A stretch of DNA of 62,563 bases from a virus (Duplodnaviria > Caudoviricetes), in the IMG/VR virus record IMGVR_UViG_3300021445_000002; one strand, 5' to 3'. The notes beneath the pieces were generated by a model. It had not been told where the DNA came from. It ran no database searches and saw only the letters and a program-made list of their open reading frames with translations. Every line of letters begins with the position of its first letter. Within the stretch, counting starts at the first letter, position 1. Made by a program: the position numbers and the translations under genes. Of the stretch, positions 45,265-54,338 are shown piece by piece.

Positions 45265-45295
45265 GGAAAAGCCCCCGGAACCTGCTTCCGGGGGC
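45265..45295 (-). terminator. terminator-like hairpin upstream of the major tail gene
   Basis: GCCCCCGGAA-GCAGG-TTCCGGGGGC-TTTT on the minus strand. Confidence 0.65.
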
Positions 45296-45312
45296 GAGGG
45301 GTTCAGCCGCGG

Positions 45313-45726
45313 TTAGACGGCGCGTACAACCATTCGTGCATCCACGATGTATCGCGGAGTGTCGCTGACGGGATCAGGAAGCCACAGCACATTGATGACT
45401 TCGGCCGCGTCGAGACGCCCGACCGGTGTGACCACCGCGTCGAGGTAGGCAAGAGATTCGATTTCACTGACCAGCGCGGCGGTGATGGCTTTCGCCTGCG
45501 GGCGCTGGCTGGCGTAAATGTCGAAGCTGATCCGGGCTTCGTCGGCCGGCACATCGCTGCCGGCCTGCGGCGAGCCGCCGACCCGCGAGAGGATCACGCT
45601 GGGCAGCGGCGTGCCCTTCGGCATCGCCATGTAGATCTTGTTGCTGACCAGGGGCGCGACGGACGTGGTGAGCAGCCAGCTCTTGACCACATCCTCGGCG
45701 TCCACATAGACCCGTGGCAGCGTCAT
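45313..45726 (-). CDS. tail terminator/completion protein
   Basis: D.E..V..WL; V.LSRVGG; WLPDP...PRY. Confidence 0.8.
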   Translation of the reverse strand: MTLPRVYVDAEDVVKSWLLTTSVAPLVSNKIYMAMPKGTPLPSVILSRVGGSPQAGSDVPADEARISFDIYASQRPQAKAITAALVSEIESLAYLDAVVTPVGRLDAAEVINVLWLPDPVSDTPRYIVDARMVVRAV

Positions 45727-46040
45727 GACCGCAGCTTTCTGACGGCTTCGATGGCGGGCCGGACGTGGGCGCGCTGGCCGACCCGTTCGCCCTCGACCTC
45801 GCCGTACTGGTTGGCGATGGCGTGGCCGAATTCGACGTAGGACCAGAACGGCGACGACGGGTTGCCGATGGCCGCGCCGTTCTCGAACTCCTGCGCCTGG
45901 TAGCCGGCGGCAAGCCGGCCCGAGCTGCCAGCGAACTTCTTGGCGGCGATCTTCCTGGTCTCGTCGACCACGTGCTCGGCGACGACCAGGCAGTGCCGCT
46001 TCGCGGCCTCGCCGAAGTGCTCTTCGGGTTCGCCGATCAC
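45723..46040 (-). CDS. neck protein (HK97 gp10-like)
   Basis: SGRL..G; YVEFG; H.RPA. Confidence 0.7.
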   Translation of the reverse strand: MIGEPEEHFGEAAKRHCLVVAEHVVDETRKIAAKKFAGSSGRLAAGYQAQEFENGAAIGNPSSPFWSYVEFGHAIANQYGEVEGERVGQRAHVRPAIEAVRKLRS

Positions 46041-46384
46041 GGCAGACCCTCCACCAGACGCAATTGGCCGGTCACGTACTTCATGCCGAGTACGGTGCGG
46101 TGATCGACCCACACCACCCGGTAGACGGTGCCGTCCGCGGTGTCGCGTACCCACGAGGTGTGGGTCAGCGGCACCTCGTCGCATTTGAACCGGCGGTACA
46201 CGCTGGACTGTTCACCGCCCTGCATGATCTCCGCGCCGCTGACTGCCCGGCTGAGCACGGCGCGCACGTTCGACGAGCTGACGGTGCGGGTGGCCTCGGT
46301 GTCGTCGCCGTAGGGTTCGTCGTCGCTCTGCGCGACATCAAGGTCGAGGACGTCGATCAGGTGGGTGTGAAACGGGATCGGCAT
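46037..46384 (-). CDS. head-closure/stopper protein
   Basis: position and size; G.VYRV. Confidence 0.65.
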   Translation of the reverse strand: MPIPFHTHLIDVLDLDVAQSDDEPYGDDTEATRTVSSSNVRAVLSRAVSGAEIMQGGEQSSVYRRFKCDEVPLTHTSWVRDTADGTVYRVVWVDHRTVLGMKYVTGQLRLVEGLP

Positions 46385-46402
46385 CGACGTCGGCCCCTCT
46401 CG

Positions 46403-48343
46403 CTAGAGCGGCCGAACCACCAGGCCGGCGTTGGGACGGATGACGTAGCGGCTGGACGGGGCTGCATGCGGGCGGATCACGTAGCCGGTACGGGGACGAA
46501 CCACGTGGCGGGTCAGCACCCGCAGCGGCGGGGCGATGTCGGATTCGATGGCCGTACCGAGGTTGACCGCGCGCACGCGGCTAACCGGGAAAGCGGTGTC
46601 GGTCTCGACCGCGACGCCGGGGACAATCAGGCTCAGCCGTACCGGGTGGGCGGTGTCCGTCTCGACCGCGGTGCCGAGGCGCACCGTACGGGTACGGGTG
46701 ACCGGCTGCGCGGCGTCGGTCTCGGTCGCAGCCAGTGGGCTGACGGTCTTGACCGGCCGTACCGGGTTGGCGTGCCCGGTCTCGACCGCGGCACCGACGG
46801 TCAAAGCGCTGAGCGCGCCGTGCGAGGCCAGAGCCGTCGAAGCCGCCGCGGTGGCCGTGCCGATGGCGCGCCGCCTACCGGCCGCGGTCGAGGTGATAGT
46901 GATCGACGAGCTGGCGCCGGCTCCAAAGGAGTGGCGACGACCGGCCGCCGCCACCATCAGCGTGACCGTGATGCCGTCCGCGGGACCGGGCTCGGATGCC
47001 CCGCCGTGGCTGGCGATCCGGCTGGCGGCCGTGGTGGCGGCGGTGCCGGCGGCCACCTTCTGGAACGTGGCGTGCCCGGACGCGGCCAGGTAAACGGTCA
47101 CCGGGATGGTGTCGAACAAGGCGCCGCCGGCAGCGGCGCCAGTCGAATCGATCGCCACCGAAGTCGGCACGTCGGCCGTACCCGTCCGGTCAGTGGCGCC
47201 CGGCGCGTCGATCGAACCGGCACCGGGCAGGTCCGCAGCGGTGCCGATGCGGCCGGTGAAGCCAGGCAGGCCGATCAGTGCGAACGCCGACACCGCGTAC
47301 GGCGCGCCGGTGGCCTTGGCGCCGGTCCCACTGCCGGTACCGGCGCCGCCCGCGTCGGCGCTGCCGGCGTCGGACTTGGCGCCCTGCGCGGCGGCCAGGG
47401 CGAGGTCGGCCACGTCGGCGCTGCCGGTGCGGCCCTGGGTGCCCTGCGCATCCAGGGTGGCGGTTGCCGGCGCGTCAGCGCTGCCATCAACCGTCTTGCC
47501 GCCGGCAGCCTGGGCACTCGATGTGCTCGCCGCGGCGGCGGGGCCGGTGTGCTCGCCACCACCCTCGGCGGCGAGGTCGGCGGCGCCAAGCAGGTCGACG
47601 CCGCCGCCGGTCGGCGCGGTCTGATTGTCGACGCTGCCGGTCGCCGGCAGGTCGGCGGTGCCGTTTCCGGTGTGCGCGCCGGCACCGTCGGCGCTGGCGG
47701 TGGTGACCGTGGCGGCGGTGCCGGCGACGGTCTTGGTCCCCGTCGAGGCCGTGCTGGCGCTGGCCGGCTCGTCGACCCCACCGGTCCGACCCACCGTCGA
47801 GGTGGAACCGATGCTCGCCGCGGCCGTGGCGGCACCAGCGCCGCTGTGCCCACCCGCGCCGGCCTGCCCGGCGATGACGTCGGCGCCGCTGACCTGCCCG
47901 CTGCCCACCCCACGGTGCACGCCGGGGTTGACGATGGTCGCGGTGGCCGCGACGTTGACCGCGCCGCCGCGCGGGCCGTGCACGCCGGTGTCGTCGACCG
48001 CGCTGGTGGCCGGGAAGTCGAATGCACCCTCGCCGGCCTTGCCGCCCGTGTCGCCAAGCGTGTTGGACGTGGTGGCGACGGCGGCGGTGCCGGTGGCGTA
48101 CCGACCGGCGACCAGCGCGAGGCTGCTCGTGTTGGTGGTGCCAGCCTGGCCGGCGGCGGTCTTGCTGCCCGTGTCGGCGAGCGTCGTGCTGGCCGGCAGG
48201 TCGGCGGTGCCGCTGTAGGCGGCGGCCGACGGCGCGCCGAACAGGTCCGGGTCGACCAGCGCGTCCTGCGGCGCGTAGACCGACAGGTCGTTGAGGGCGC
48301 GGACCTCGGCGACGGTGAGCAGGCTCGGTGCCGGAGCGGCCAT
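46403..48343 (-). CDS. Ala/Gly/Thr-rich repetitive virion protein
   Basis: G.ADLPA and G.AVETDTA.PV repeats. Confidence 0.7.
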   Translation of the reverse strand: MAAPAPSLLTVAEVRALNDLSVYAPQDALVDPDLFGAPSAAAYSGTADLPASTTLADTGSKTAAGQAGTTNTSSLALVAGRYATGTAAVATTSNTLGDTGGKAGEGAFDFPATSAVDDTGVHGPRGGAVNVAATATIVNPGVHRGVGSGQVSGADVIAGQAGAGGHSGAGAATAAASIGSTSTVGRTGGVDEPASASTASTGTKTVAGTAATVTTASADGAGAHTGNGTADLPATGSVDNQTAPTGGGVDLLGAADLAAEGGGEHTGPAAAASTSSAQAAGGKTVDGSADAPATATLDAQGTQGRTGSADVADLALAAAQGAKSDAGSADAGGAGTGSGTGAKATGAPYAVSAFALIGLPGFTGRIGTAADLPGAGSIDAPGATDRTGTADVPTSVAIDSTGAAAGGALFDTIPVTVYLAASGHATFQKVAAGTAATTAASRIASHGGASEPGPADGITVTLMVAAAGRRHSFGAGASSSITITSTAAGRRRAIGTATAAASTALASHGALSALTVGAAVETGHANPVRPVKTVSPLAATETDAAQPVTRTRTVRLGTAVETDTAHPVRLSLIVPGVAVETDTAFPVSRVRAVNLGTAIESDIAPPLRVLTRHVVRPRTGYVIRPHAAPSSRYVIRPNAGLVVRPL

Positions 48344-48401
48344 GCGGTAGACGCCCCTCCCCGGTAGCGGTGGTCCGGCCGGTCAGCCTGGAACGCGCGG
48401 A

Positions 48402-49187
48402 TCAGGCTTGGAACGCGCGGATCAGGCCGTGCACCTGACGGTTTGCGCCGACGCCGCTGGCGTTATGGACGACATACAGGCACGGGTCGGGGCCGGCGTT
48501 GACGATGCTCGACCAGCCCTGCATGGTGGCCGCCTCGGCGATCGGCGCAAGGCCCGGCACCAGGCAGCGGGCCAAGATGAGGTTGATCGTGCCGGTGCTG
48601 CCGGCGTGGGTGAAGCTGGCGACGGCCTGAATGCCCGTGTCACCGGACGCCAGCGGCAATTGCAGGGTGGGCACGCCGCCGGCAGTCATGTAGCTGGCAC
48701 CGGTGCTCGTCGCACCGACCCGGCCGGTGGTGCCGGCCTGGTTCGTGTAGGACGCCAGTTGCACCGACGTGAAGCTCATGCCGCCCGTGGTGGTGACGAA
48801 CGCGCACACCGTCGAGTAGTCAGTGACCCGCGCGGGCAGGAGCATCCCGAGGCTGCTCGTCGTGGTGTTGCCGGCGACGGTGCGGTGGCAGAGCCGGTCC
48901 CACAGCGAGATCTCGCCGCCGCTGTCGCCGTTGGCGGCGGTCCACGTGGCGATGTACCAGTTCTTGCCGGCAGCGGCGGTGGCCAGCGGGATCGCGCCCG
49001 TGGTGACGTTGGTGCAAATGGTCGCGGTGGATGGCACCGTGCCGGGTGGCGGGCTGCCGTGGTAGCCCCAGGCGTCCTGGCGGGCCGGCTCGACGAGCGC
49101 CGCGTTGGAGCCCGAGCGTTTCACGACGGCGTACGTAACGCCGCCAGCCAGGCCGGCGATCAGTGCGTCACGGTTGGCTATCGACAT
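48402..49187 (-). CDS. putative virion protein, paralogue 3
   Basis: DRL.H, YTNQAG..GR, L..GD.G. Confidence 0.75.
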   Translation of the reverse strand: MSIANRDALIAGLAGGVTYAVVKRSGSNAALVEPARQDAWGYHGSPPPGTVPSTATICTNVTTGAIPLATAAAGKNWYIATWTAANGDSGGEISLWDRLCHRTVAGNTTTSSLGMLLPARVTDYSTVCAFVTTTGGMSFTSVQLASYTNQAGTTGRVGATSTGASYMTAGGVPTLQLPLASGDTGIQAVASFTHAGSTGTINLILARCLVPGLAPIAEAATMQGWSSIVNAGPDPCLYVVHNASGVGANRQVHGLIRAFQA

Positions 49188-49193
49188 GCGCCG

Positions 49194-50015
49194 TCACCCC
49201 TGACAGACCGCGACCTGGCCGACCTCACCGAAACCGCCGTCAAGCATGCCGGCAAGCATCAGGCAGGGGTCTGCGCCGAGGTCGTAGAGGCCACCGGTGG
49301 CCAGGGTGATCTGGTCGCCGGAACTGACGCCGCTGCTGATGACCGCACTAAGCGCGGCCACCGGGCGCATCAGTACCACCGAGAAGTCCCCGGCGGTGCC
49401 GGTCGACCCGGACAGGGTCAGGGTCTCCACGCTGGTCACGCCGAGATCACCGGCTTGCAGGTCGCACGGCCCGTACAGGCTGCCGGCCATTTGGTTGTTG
49501 ATGGTGGTGTTGTTCCACAACTTGGCCGTGCGCCCGGACACGCCGGCCTCGTTGGTGTACGAGATGGACACCGTACGGGAGGTCGACCCGACCGGAGTGT
49601 TGATCTCCAGGAATATCTGCACCTGCGTCTTGTCGCTCACGCGCGACGGCAGGCTCAGCCCGACCGTCTGGGCGGTGCTGACCGTGCCGGACAGGCCGCC
49701 CCGATGGGAGAGCCGATCGAACAGGTACAGCGGGCCGCGCGTCTGGGCGGATGTGCGGAAGTTCGTGAAGTTGGCCAGGTAGTTGCTCTGCCCGGTCCCT
49801 GGCGCGGGCACCGCGAACGCCCCCGGCGTCGCGGCACTGCACAGCGTCGGCGTGGTCGGCGTCGCGCCGGCCGCGCCGGGCTGGCCGGGCATCTTCCACC
49901 ACGAGGCCAGCAACCCGTTGACCAACGCGCCGCTGAACGACCCGTACTTGGCGTACGCGTAGACCCGCTGCCCGGACAGGGCATTGAGCAGATCGTCGCG
50001 GCTGGCGATGCTCAC
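49194..50015 (-). CDS. putative virion protein, paralogue 2
   Basis: DRLSH, YTNEAGVSGR, LQAGDLGV. Confidence 0.75.
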   Translation of the reverse strand: MSIASRDDLLNALSGQRVYAYAKYGSFSGALVNGLLASWWKMPGQPGAAGATPTTPTLCSAATPGAFAVPAPGTGQSNYLANFTNFRTSAQTRGPLYLFDRLSHRGGLSGTVSTAQTVGLSLPSRVSDKTQVQIFLEINTPVGSTSRTVSISYTNEAGVSGRTAKLWNNTTINNQMAGSLYGPCDLQAGDLGVTSVETLTLSGSTGTAGDFSVVLMRPVAALSAVISSGVSSGDQITLATGGLYDLGADPCLMLAGMLDGGFGEVGQVAVCQG

Positions 50016-50878
50016 CCCTGCACCACCTCCAGATAACCGCCGACCGGGCCGGCGAGCTGGCCGGGCACCATGAAGAACAGGCACGGGTCCGCGCCCAGAT
50101 CGGGCAGCCCGGTCTCCGCCCAGCCCAAGCGCACGGGGCCGGTCTGGTTGGACCCGGGCAGCGGGCACACGCCGACCAGTCGGGCCAGGGTGACACCGAA
50201 GTTGCCGGCGGTGCCGGTGCTCGTGGTGAACGTCAGGGTTTCCACGCTGGTGACTCCGTAGTCGCCGGCTTGCAGGTTGAACGGCCCCCAGATCGTGCCG
50301 ACCGGCGAAGAACCACTGCCCGGCAGCGCCGCCCCGGTGGCGAGTGTGGCGGTGCGCCCGGCGACACCCGCCTCGTTGGTGTAGCTCGCGGAAACCGCCG
50401 TGCTCGTGGACCCACCGGCGACGTAGATCTCCAGGAAGATCTGCACCTGCCGCTTGTCGGACACCCGCGACGGCAGGCCGGCGGTAACGGTCTGCGCGTT
50501 GCCGGCACTGGTGGAGCTGAGGCCGCCCATCTGCGCGAGCCGGTCATACACCAGCAACTGCGAGCCCATCGCCTGGGCCGTGCCCGACGAAAACTCGTAG
50601 GACTGCACGTTGATCCCGGACAGATACCAGGTCGCGCCGGCGGCTGCGGTCGGCACCGGCGCGGCGCTGACCGACTGGCTGCTCATCGTGACGCCGGGTG
50701 CGACACCGGCACCGCCTGCTTGGGGCGGTATCCCGGCCGCCGTCGAGTTCGCCCACGACGAATGGTTGCGCATGTACTGCGCGGTCTGGCTCGGGACGGC
50801 GGTCAGGTTCTTGTAGAACGGCAGGATCTTCCGGTTGGCCAGCGCCGCCACAAGCTGCGACCGGGTCGTGATTGCCAC
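50012..50878 (-). CDS. putative virion protein, paralogue 1
   Basis: DRLAQ, YTNEAGVAGR, LQAGDYGV. Confidence 0.75.
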   Translation of the reverse strand: MAITTRSQLVAALANRKILPFYKNLTAVPSQTAQYMRNHSSWANSTAAGIPPQAGGAGVAPGVTMSSQSVSAAPVPTAAAGATWYLSGINVQSYEFSSGTAQAMGSQLLVYDRLAQMGGLSSTSAGNAQTVTAGLPSRVSDKRQVQIFLEIYVAGGSTSTAVSASYTNEAGVAGRTATLATGAALPGSGSSPVGTIWGPFNLQAGDYGVTSVETLTFTTSTGTAGNFGVTLARLVGVCPLPGSNQTGPVRLGWAETGLPDLGADPCLFFMVPGQLAGPVGGYLEVVQG

Positions 50879-50891
50879 CGCGCGTCCCCGA

Positions 50892-51245
50892 TCAGGTGAT
50901 GGTGATGGTCAGCGCTGTCAGGTTGTAGGTACCCTGCCCGCCGTAGGTTTCCGTGGCGGAGAGTGCCGCGCCGCCGTAGAACGTGCCGCCGGTGGCCGTC
51001 GACCACAGTCCGATGTAGCTGATCGAGGTGGAAGCGGGCACGTCAAAGGTGACGCCGCCGGAGATGGCGGCGACGCCGCCCGAGGCCGTCGACCAGGCAA
51101 CCGCCTTGCGGGCGTATGCAGGCGTACCGCCGGTGACCTCGTTAGTGCCGGTGGTACCCGGATCGGCGGTGTGCAAGCTGACGTAGCCGACGTTGGAAGC
51201 GACGCCGTTTGCCGCCGCATTGCGACCACTGTTGTTCAATGCCAT
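50892..51245 (-). CDS. small fibre/collar-type structural protein
   Basis: SLHTADPG.TG.NE.TGG.PAYAR. Confidence 0.75.
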   Translation of the reverse strand: MALNNSGRNAAANGVASNVGYVSLHTADPGTTGTNEVTGGTPAYARKAVAWSTASGGVAAISGGVTFDVPASTSISYIGLWSTATGGTFYGGAALSATETYGGQGTYNLTALTITIT

Positions 51246-51317
51246 GACGGCTTACCCCTCGCGGCTCGGTGTGTCGTGTGGTTGCGTGTTGTTTTCACGG
51301 CCCGCATCCCCTCCGGG

Positions 51318-51674
51318 TCACGGTGAAGTCACAGTGACGGTCAGGCTGGTCAACGTGTACGTGCCCTGCCCGGTGAAGGTTTCCGGCGCGGACAGTTGCG
51401 CCGCGCCCTCGTAGGTGCCCGCATTGGGCGCGTTCCACAGGCCGACGTAGGCGACCGTCGTACCGGGCGGCACATTGAACGTGACCGGGCCGTTCAGCGA
51501 GGCAACACCGTTGGTTTCCGTCCAGGTGATCGGCTGCCGGGCATAAGCCGGCGTACCGCCGGTGATCTCGTTCGCCCCCGTCATCGCGGGATCGGCGGTA
51601 TGCAGGGACGCGAAGGTGATGGCGCCGCCGACACCGGTCGCGGCGGCGTTGCGGCCGGCAACGGTTAGTGCCAT
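51318..51674 (-). CDS. small fibre/collar-type structural protein, paralogue
   Basis: SLHTADP..TG.NE.TGG.PAYAR. Confidence 0.75.
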   Translation of the reverse strand: MALTVAGRNAAATGVGGAITFASLHTADPAMTGANEITGGTPAYARQPITWTETNGVASLNGPVTFNVPPGTTVAYVGLWNAPNAGTYEGAAQLSAPETFTGQGTYTLTSLTVTVTSP

Positions 51675-51697
51675 GGGGCTCAACCCTTCCGGTGCTT

Positions 51698-52150
51698 TTA
51701 CTGGGCGCGGGCGAAGCCAGCGGCGGCGAGCTGCACGGTCACGTTGGTGCCGTCAGTGGTGAACACACAGTCGTGGTAGGTCAGTGGCACGGTGGCGGCA
51801 TCGCTGGGCGCGGTGGTGTCGGGCACGTAGCAGAGCAGCAGCTTGGCCACGTCGTTGTTGCTCGCACCGCCGGCCGCCACATACGTGAAGTCATTGGCGT
51901 CGAAGGCGACGGCGTCGGCCGCGTCGTCCTCATTGGTCACCACGCCGGTCAACGTCATGCGGGCGTAATTGGTGAAGTCGCATTCGGCGTTGGCGGCAAG
52001 CGCGCTGGCCAGGCTGAGGTGATCGGTCAGGATGGCGTCGGACTCGACGCCCGCCTTGAGCAGCACGGCCACGAGCGCGTCGTTGGCCGCGGGCAACCCG
52101 GCGTAGAACCGGAGCGCGCCCTTGGCCACGTTGAATACGCCGTCAGACAT
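51698..52150 (-). CDS. putative structural protein
   Basis: VFN.AKG...E..FTNYAR..L. Confidence 0.7.
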   Translation of the reverse strand: MSDGVFNVAKGALRFYAGLPAANDALVAVLLKAGVESDAILTDHLSLASALAANAECDFTNYARMTLTGVVTNEDDAADAVAFDANDFTYVAAGGASNNDVAKLLLCYVPDTTAPSDAATVPLTYHDCVFTTDGTNVTVQLAAAGFARAQ

Positions 52151-52180
52151 GACGGTTCCCTCCGGTGGTTATTGCTGGGG

Positions 52181-52807
52181 CTATCCGCGCCAGTGCGCGT
52201 CGACTGGCCCGTATCCGGTGCTGAGCGCTGCCGAGCCAGTCGGACGGCCGTACCGGCGGCGCAGCGCGGTTTGCAGGAACGGGCTGGCGTCCATCTGCGC
52301 GGACATCGCGCCGTAGTTGGCGATGAAGTCGTCGAGCTGCAACTGGCTGGCGCCGATCGAGTTGCCGTACGCGCCTTTGATCAGCGCGAGGACGGCCTGC
52401 CGGGCGAGCTGGAGGCGCTGGTCGGTCGGGGCGTACCCGTGGCTGTAGGTCACGGTCACGCCGTAGGGCTGGTTGACCCAGCCGGTGGTCGCCGAGCGCC
52501 ACCCGTACCGTCGCCACAGCCGGGCGCGTCGCGCCTGGAGGGTGTAGTCGGTGACCGGCAGGGCGCCGATGCGCACGGCGCTGACGTTGATGATTGGCCG
52601 CTCGGGCAGCATCAGGTACGGGCCGTGGTCGACCTCGTCGAGGTCGAAGGTGACGGTCTCGTTGTTGACCAGCACGATCCGCTGGCCGGTGACCGCCTGC
52701 ACCACAGCGGTGGCGCATTCGATGAGCAGTTCGGCTTTGGCGCGCTCAATGTCATCGCGCTCCAGCAGGCAGGCGAGGTCTTCCGGCGTCGCGAGCTGAT
52801 CGGCCAT
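52181..52807 (-). CDS. head-to-tail adaptor
   Basis: LAT.EDL...A..L.E.AT..V...GQ; LPERP; VTVTYSHGY. Confidence 0.8.
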   Translation of the reverse strand: MADQLATPEDLACLLERDDIERAKAELLIECATAVVQAVTGQRIVLVNNETVTFDLDEVDHGPYLMLPERPIINVSAVRIGALPVTDYTLQARRARLWRRYGWRSATTGWVNQPYGVTVTYSHGYAPTDQRLQLARQAVLALIKGAYGNSIGASQLQLDDFIANYGAMSAQMDASPFLQTALRRRYGRPTGSAALSTGYGPVDAHWRG

Positions 52808-52840
52808 CGTGACCCCGCCTCCCGCGTGGAGTTGTGGTGG

Positions 52841-53041
52841 TTACTTGCTGGCGTTCTTGGTGACGCCTTCGACGGTGTATTCGGCGTCGTCGGTCTCATC
52901 GACCTTCGTGCCGAAGTAGCCCTGCTCGGTTGCGGTGTCGAACGCCTTCTGCACCTCGGCGTTGCCCGGGGCGTCCGCGTCGGCGGGCAGTTCGTTGGTC
53001 GCAGGTTCGGAATCAGCGGCGGTCTTGTCTTCGTCAGTCAT
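52841..53041 (-). CDS. small acidic capsid-associated hypothetical protein
   Basis: GYFGTKVD...YTV.GV. Confidence 0.65.
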   Translation of the reverse strand: MTDEDKTAADSEPATNELPADADAPGNAEVQKAFDTATEQGYFGTKVDETDDAEYTVEGVTKNASK

Positions 53042-53069
53042 TGGCTCGGTCCTTCCGTGTGATTTCCGG

Positions 53070-53627
53070 TCAGGCCGCAGTGGCGCTGAGGGTGCCGTCG
53101 TTGGCGACGGCGAGCCGGTAGGCGGTGCCGTTGGGCGAGAGCAGCACGACCGAGGCGCCCTGGCCCAGCACGACATCGCCGCTCGGCTTCACGACGAACG
53201 GCCTGGTGTCGCCCTGACCGATGAACTCGATGACGTTGTCGGTCTGCGTGCCGGGCACGACGATCGAGACGCTCTGTCCAACGGTGTCGTTCGCGTTGAG
53301 TGCGACGTAACCGGTCGCGCTGGTGATCGAGCAGGCAGCGTTGCCGGGCCAGGCGCCGAGATCGACGTTCGTCGTTTCGGCAAACATCAGCAGATCGACG
53401 CCGTTGATCGGGTCGCCGGGCGCGTTCTGGCCGGTCTGGACCTGGAGCAGCGCGCGGTCCGGGTCGCCGCCGTAGACGCCCAGCGGATTCGGCGCGTCGA
53501 CGGTGGCGGTAAGGGCGGAGACCTGACCGCCACCGCCATGCGGGGCCTCGTACGTGCTGGCGGCTGCCTGGTCGGTGGCGGTGCCGATGTAGCCCTTGGT
53601 GGTCGCGTCCTCAAGTGGGGATGTCAC
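53070..53627 (-). CDS. putative head decoration/fibre protein
   Basis: C-terminal LLSPNGT.Y.L.V.NDG.L. Confidence 0.6.
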   Translation of the reverse strand: MTSPLEDATTKGYIGTATDQAAASTYEAPHGGGGQVSALTATVDAPNPLGVYGGDPDRALLQVQTGQNAPGDPINGVDLLMFAETTNVDLGAWPGNAACSITSATGYVALNANDTVGQSVSIVVPGTQTDNVIEFIGQGDTRPFVVKPSGDVVLGQGASVVLLSPNGTAYRLAVANDGTLSATAA

Positions 53628-53699
53628 GCGCGACCTCGCTTGTCGTATCTATGCATCGCTGACTTCCGATTAGTTCGGCAAGTACCATTTGGATAGCAT

Positions 53700-54338
53700 T
53701 TGGCCATGGGTCGAAGCGCCGCCAATCCGATCGACAGATACTTGAGCAAAGTGGATCGTGGCGGTGCCGATGAGTGCTGGCCGTGGACCGCTGCGTGCTT
53801 TACGAACGGATACGGTGCGTTCCGGGTCGGAAACAAGCAACTCAAAGCCCACCGATTCGGCTACGCGGAACTGATCGCCCCGATCCCGGTCGGGCTGTAC
53901 GTCTGCCACACCTGCGACAACCGACCATGTCAAAATCCCGCCCACTGGTTTCTCGGCACCACGGGCGACAATGCCCGCGACCGCGAAGCCAAAGGTCGCG
54001 GAGCCCGGAACGGCAAGGTTCGATTTCAACCCGAACAGGTGCGAGAGATGCGACTGCTCGGCCTGAACGGAGTCACCCAGGCCGAGATCGCCAACCGCTT
54101 CGAAACTCAACAGTCATCGGTCTCACAGATACTGCGTCGCAAGACCTTCGCCCACCTCGACACCGACCTACCGGCATGGAAGACGAGCCGCAGATACAAA
54201 GTCACACCAGCCATTGCGGACGCCGTACTCGCCGAACGCGGTCACGGGTTAACCATGAATGAGATCGGCGAGAGGCACGGCGTCAGCCGTGCCACCGTGA
54301 GGCACATCATCCGAGGCTGGCGACCGCTAGCCCACTAA
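53700..54338 (+). CDS. free-standing HNH homing-type endonuclease with two HTH domains
   Basis: CW.WT...GYG.F...AHR..Y...VCHTCDN..C.NP.H...GT..DN..D. Confidence 0.9.
   Translation: MAMGRSAANPIDRYLSKVDRGGADECWPWTAACFTNGYGAFRVGNKQLKAHRFGYAELIAPIPVGLYVCHTCDNRPCQNPAHWFLGTTGDNARDREAKGRGARNGKVRFQPEQVREMRLLGLNGVTQAEIANRFETQQSSVSQILRRKTFAHLDTDLPAWKTSRRYKVTPAIADAVLAERGHGLTMNEIGERHGVSRATVRHIIRGWRPLAH

Noticed and set aside
48402-51674. Diversity-generating retroelement or shufflon acting on the paralogous structural genes
   Set aside because: No reverse transcriptase, no adenine-specific TR/VR pair, no inverted crossover sites seen; paralogues diverge throughout.
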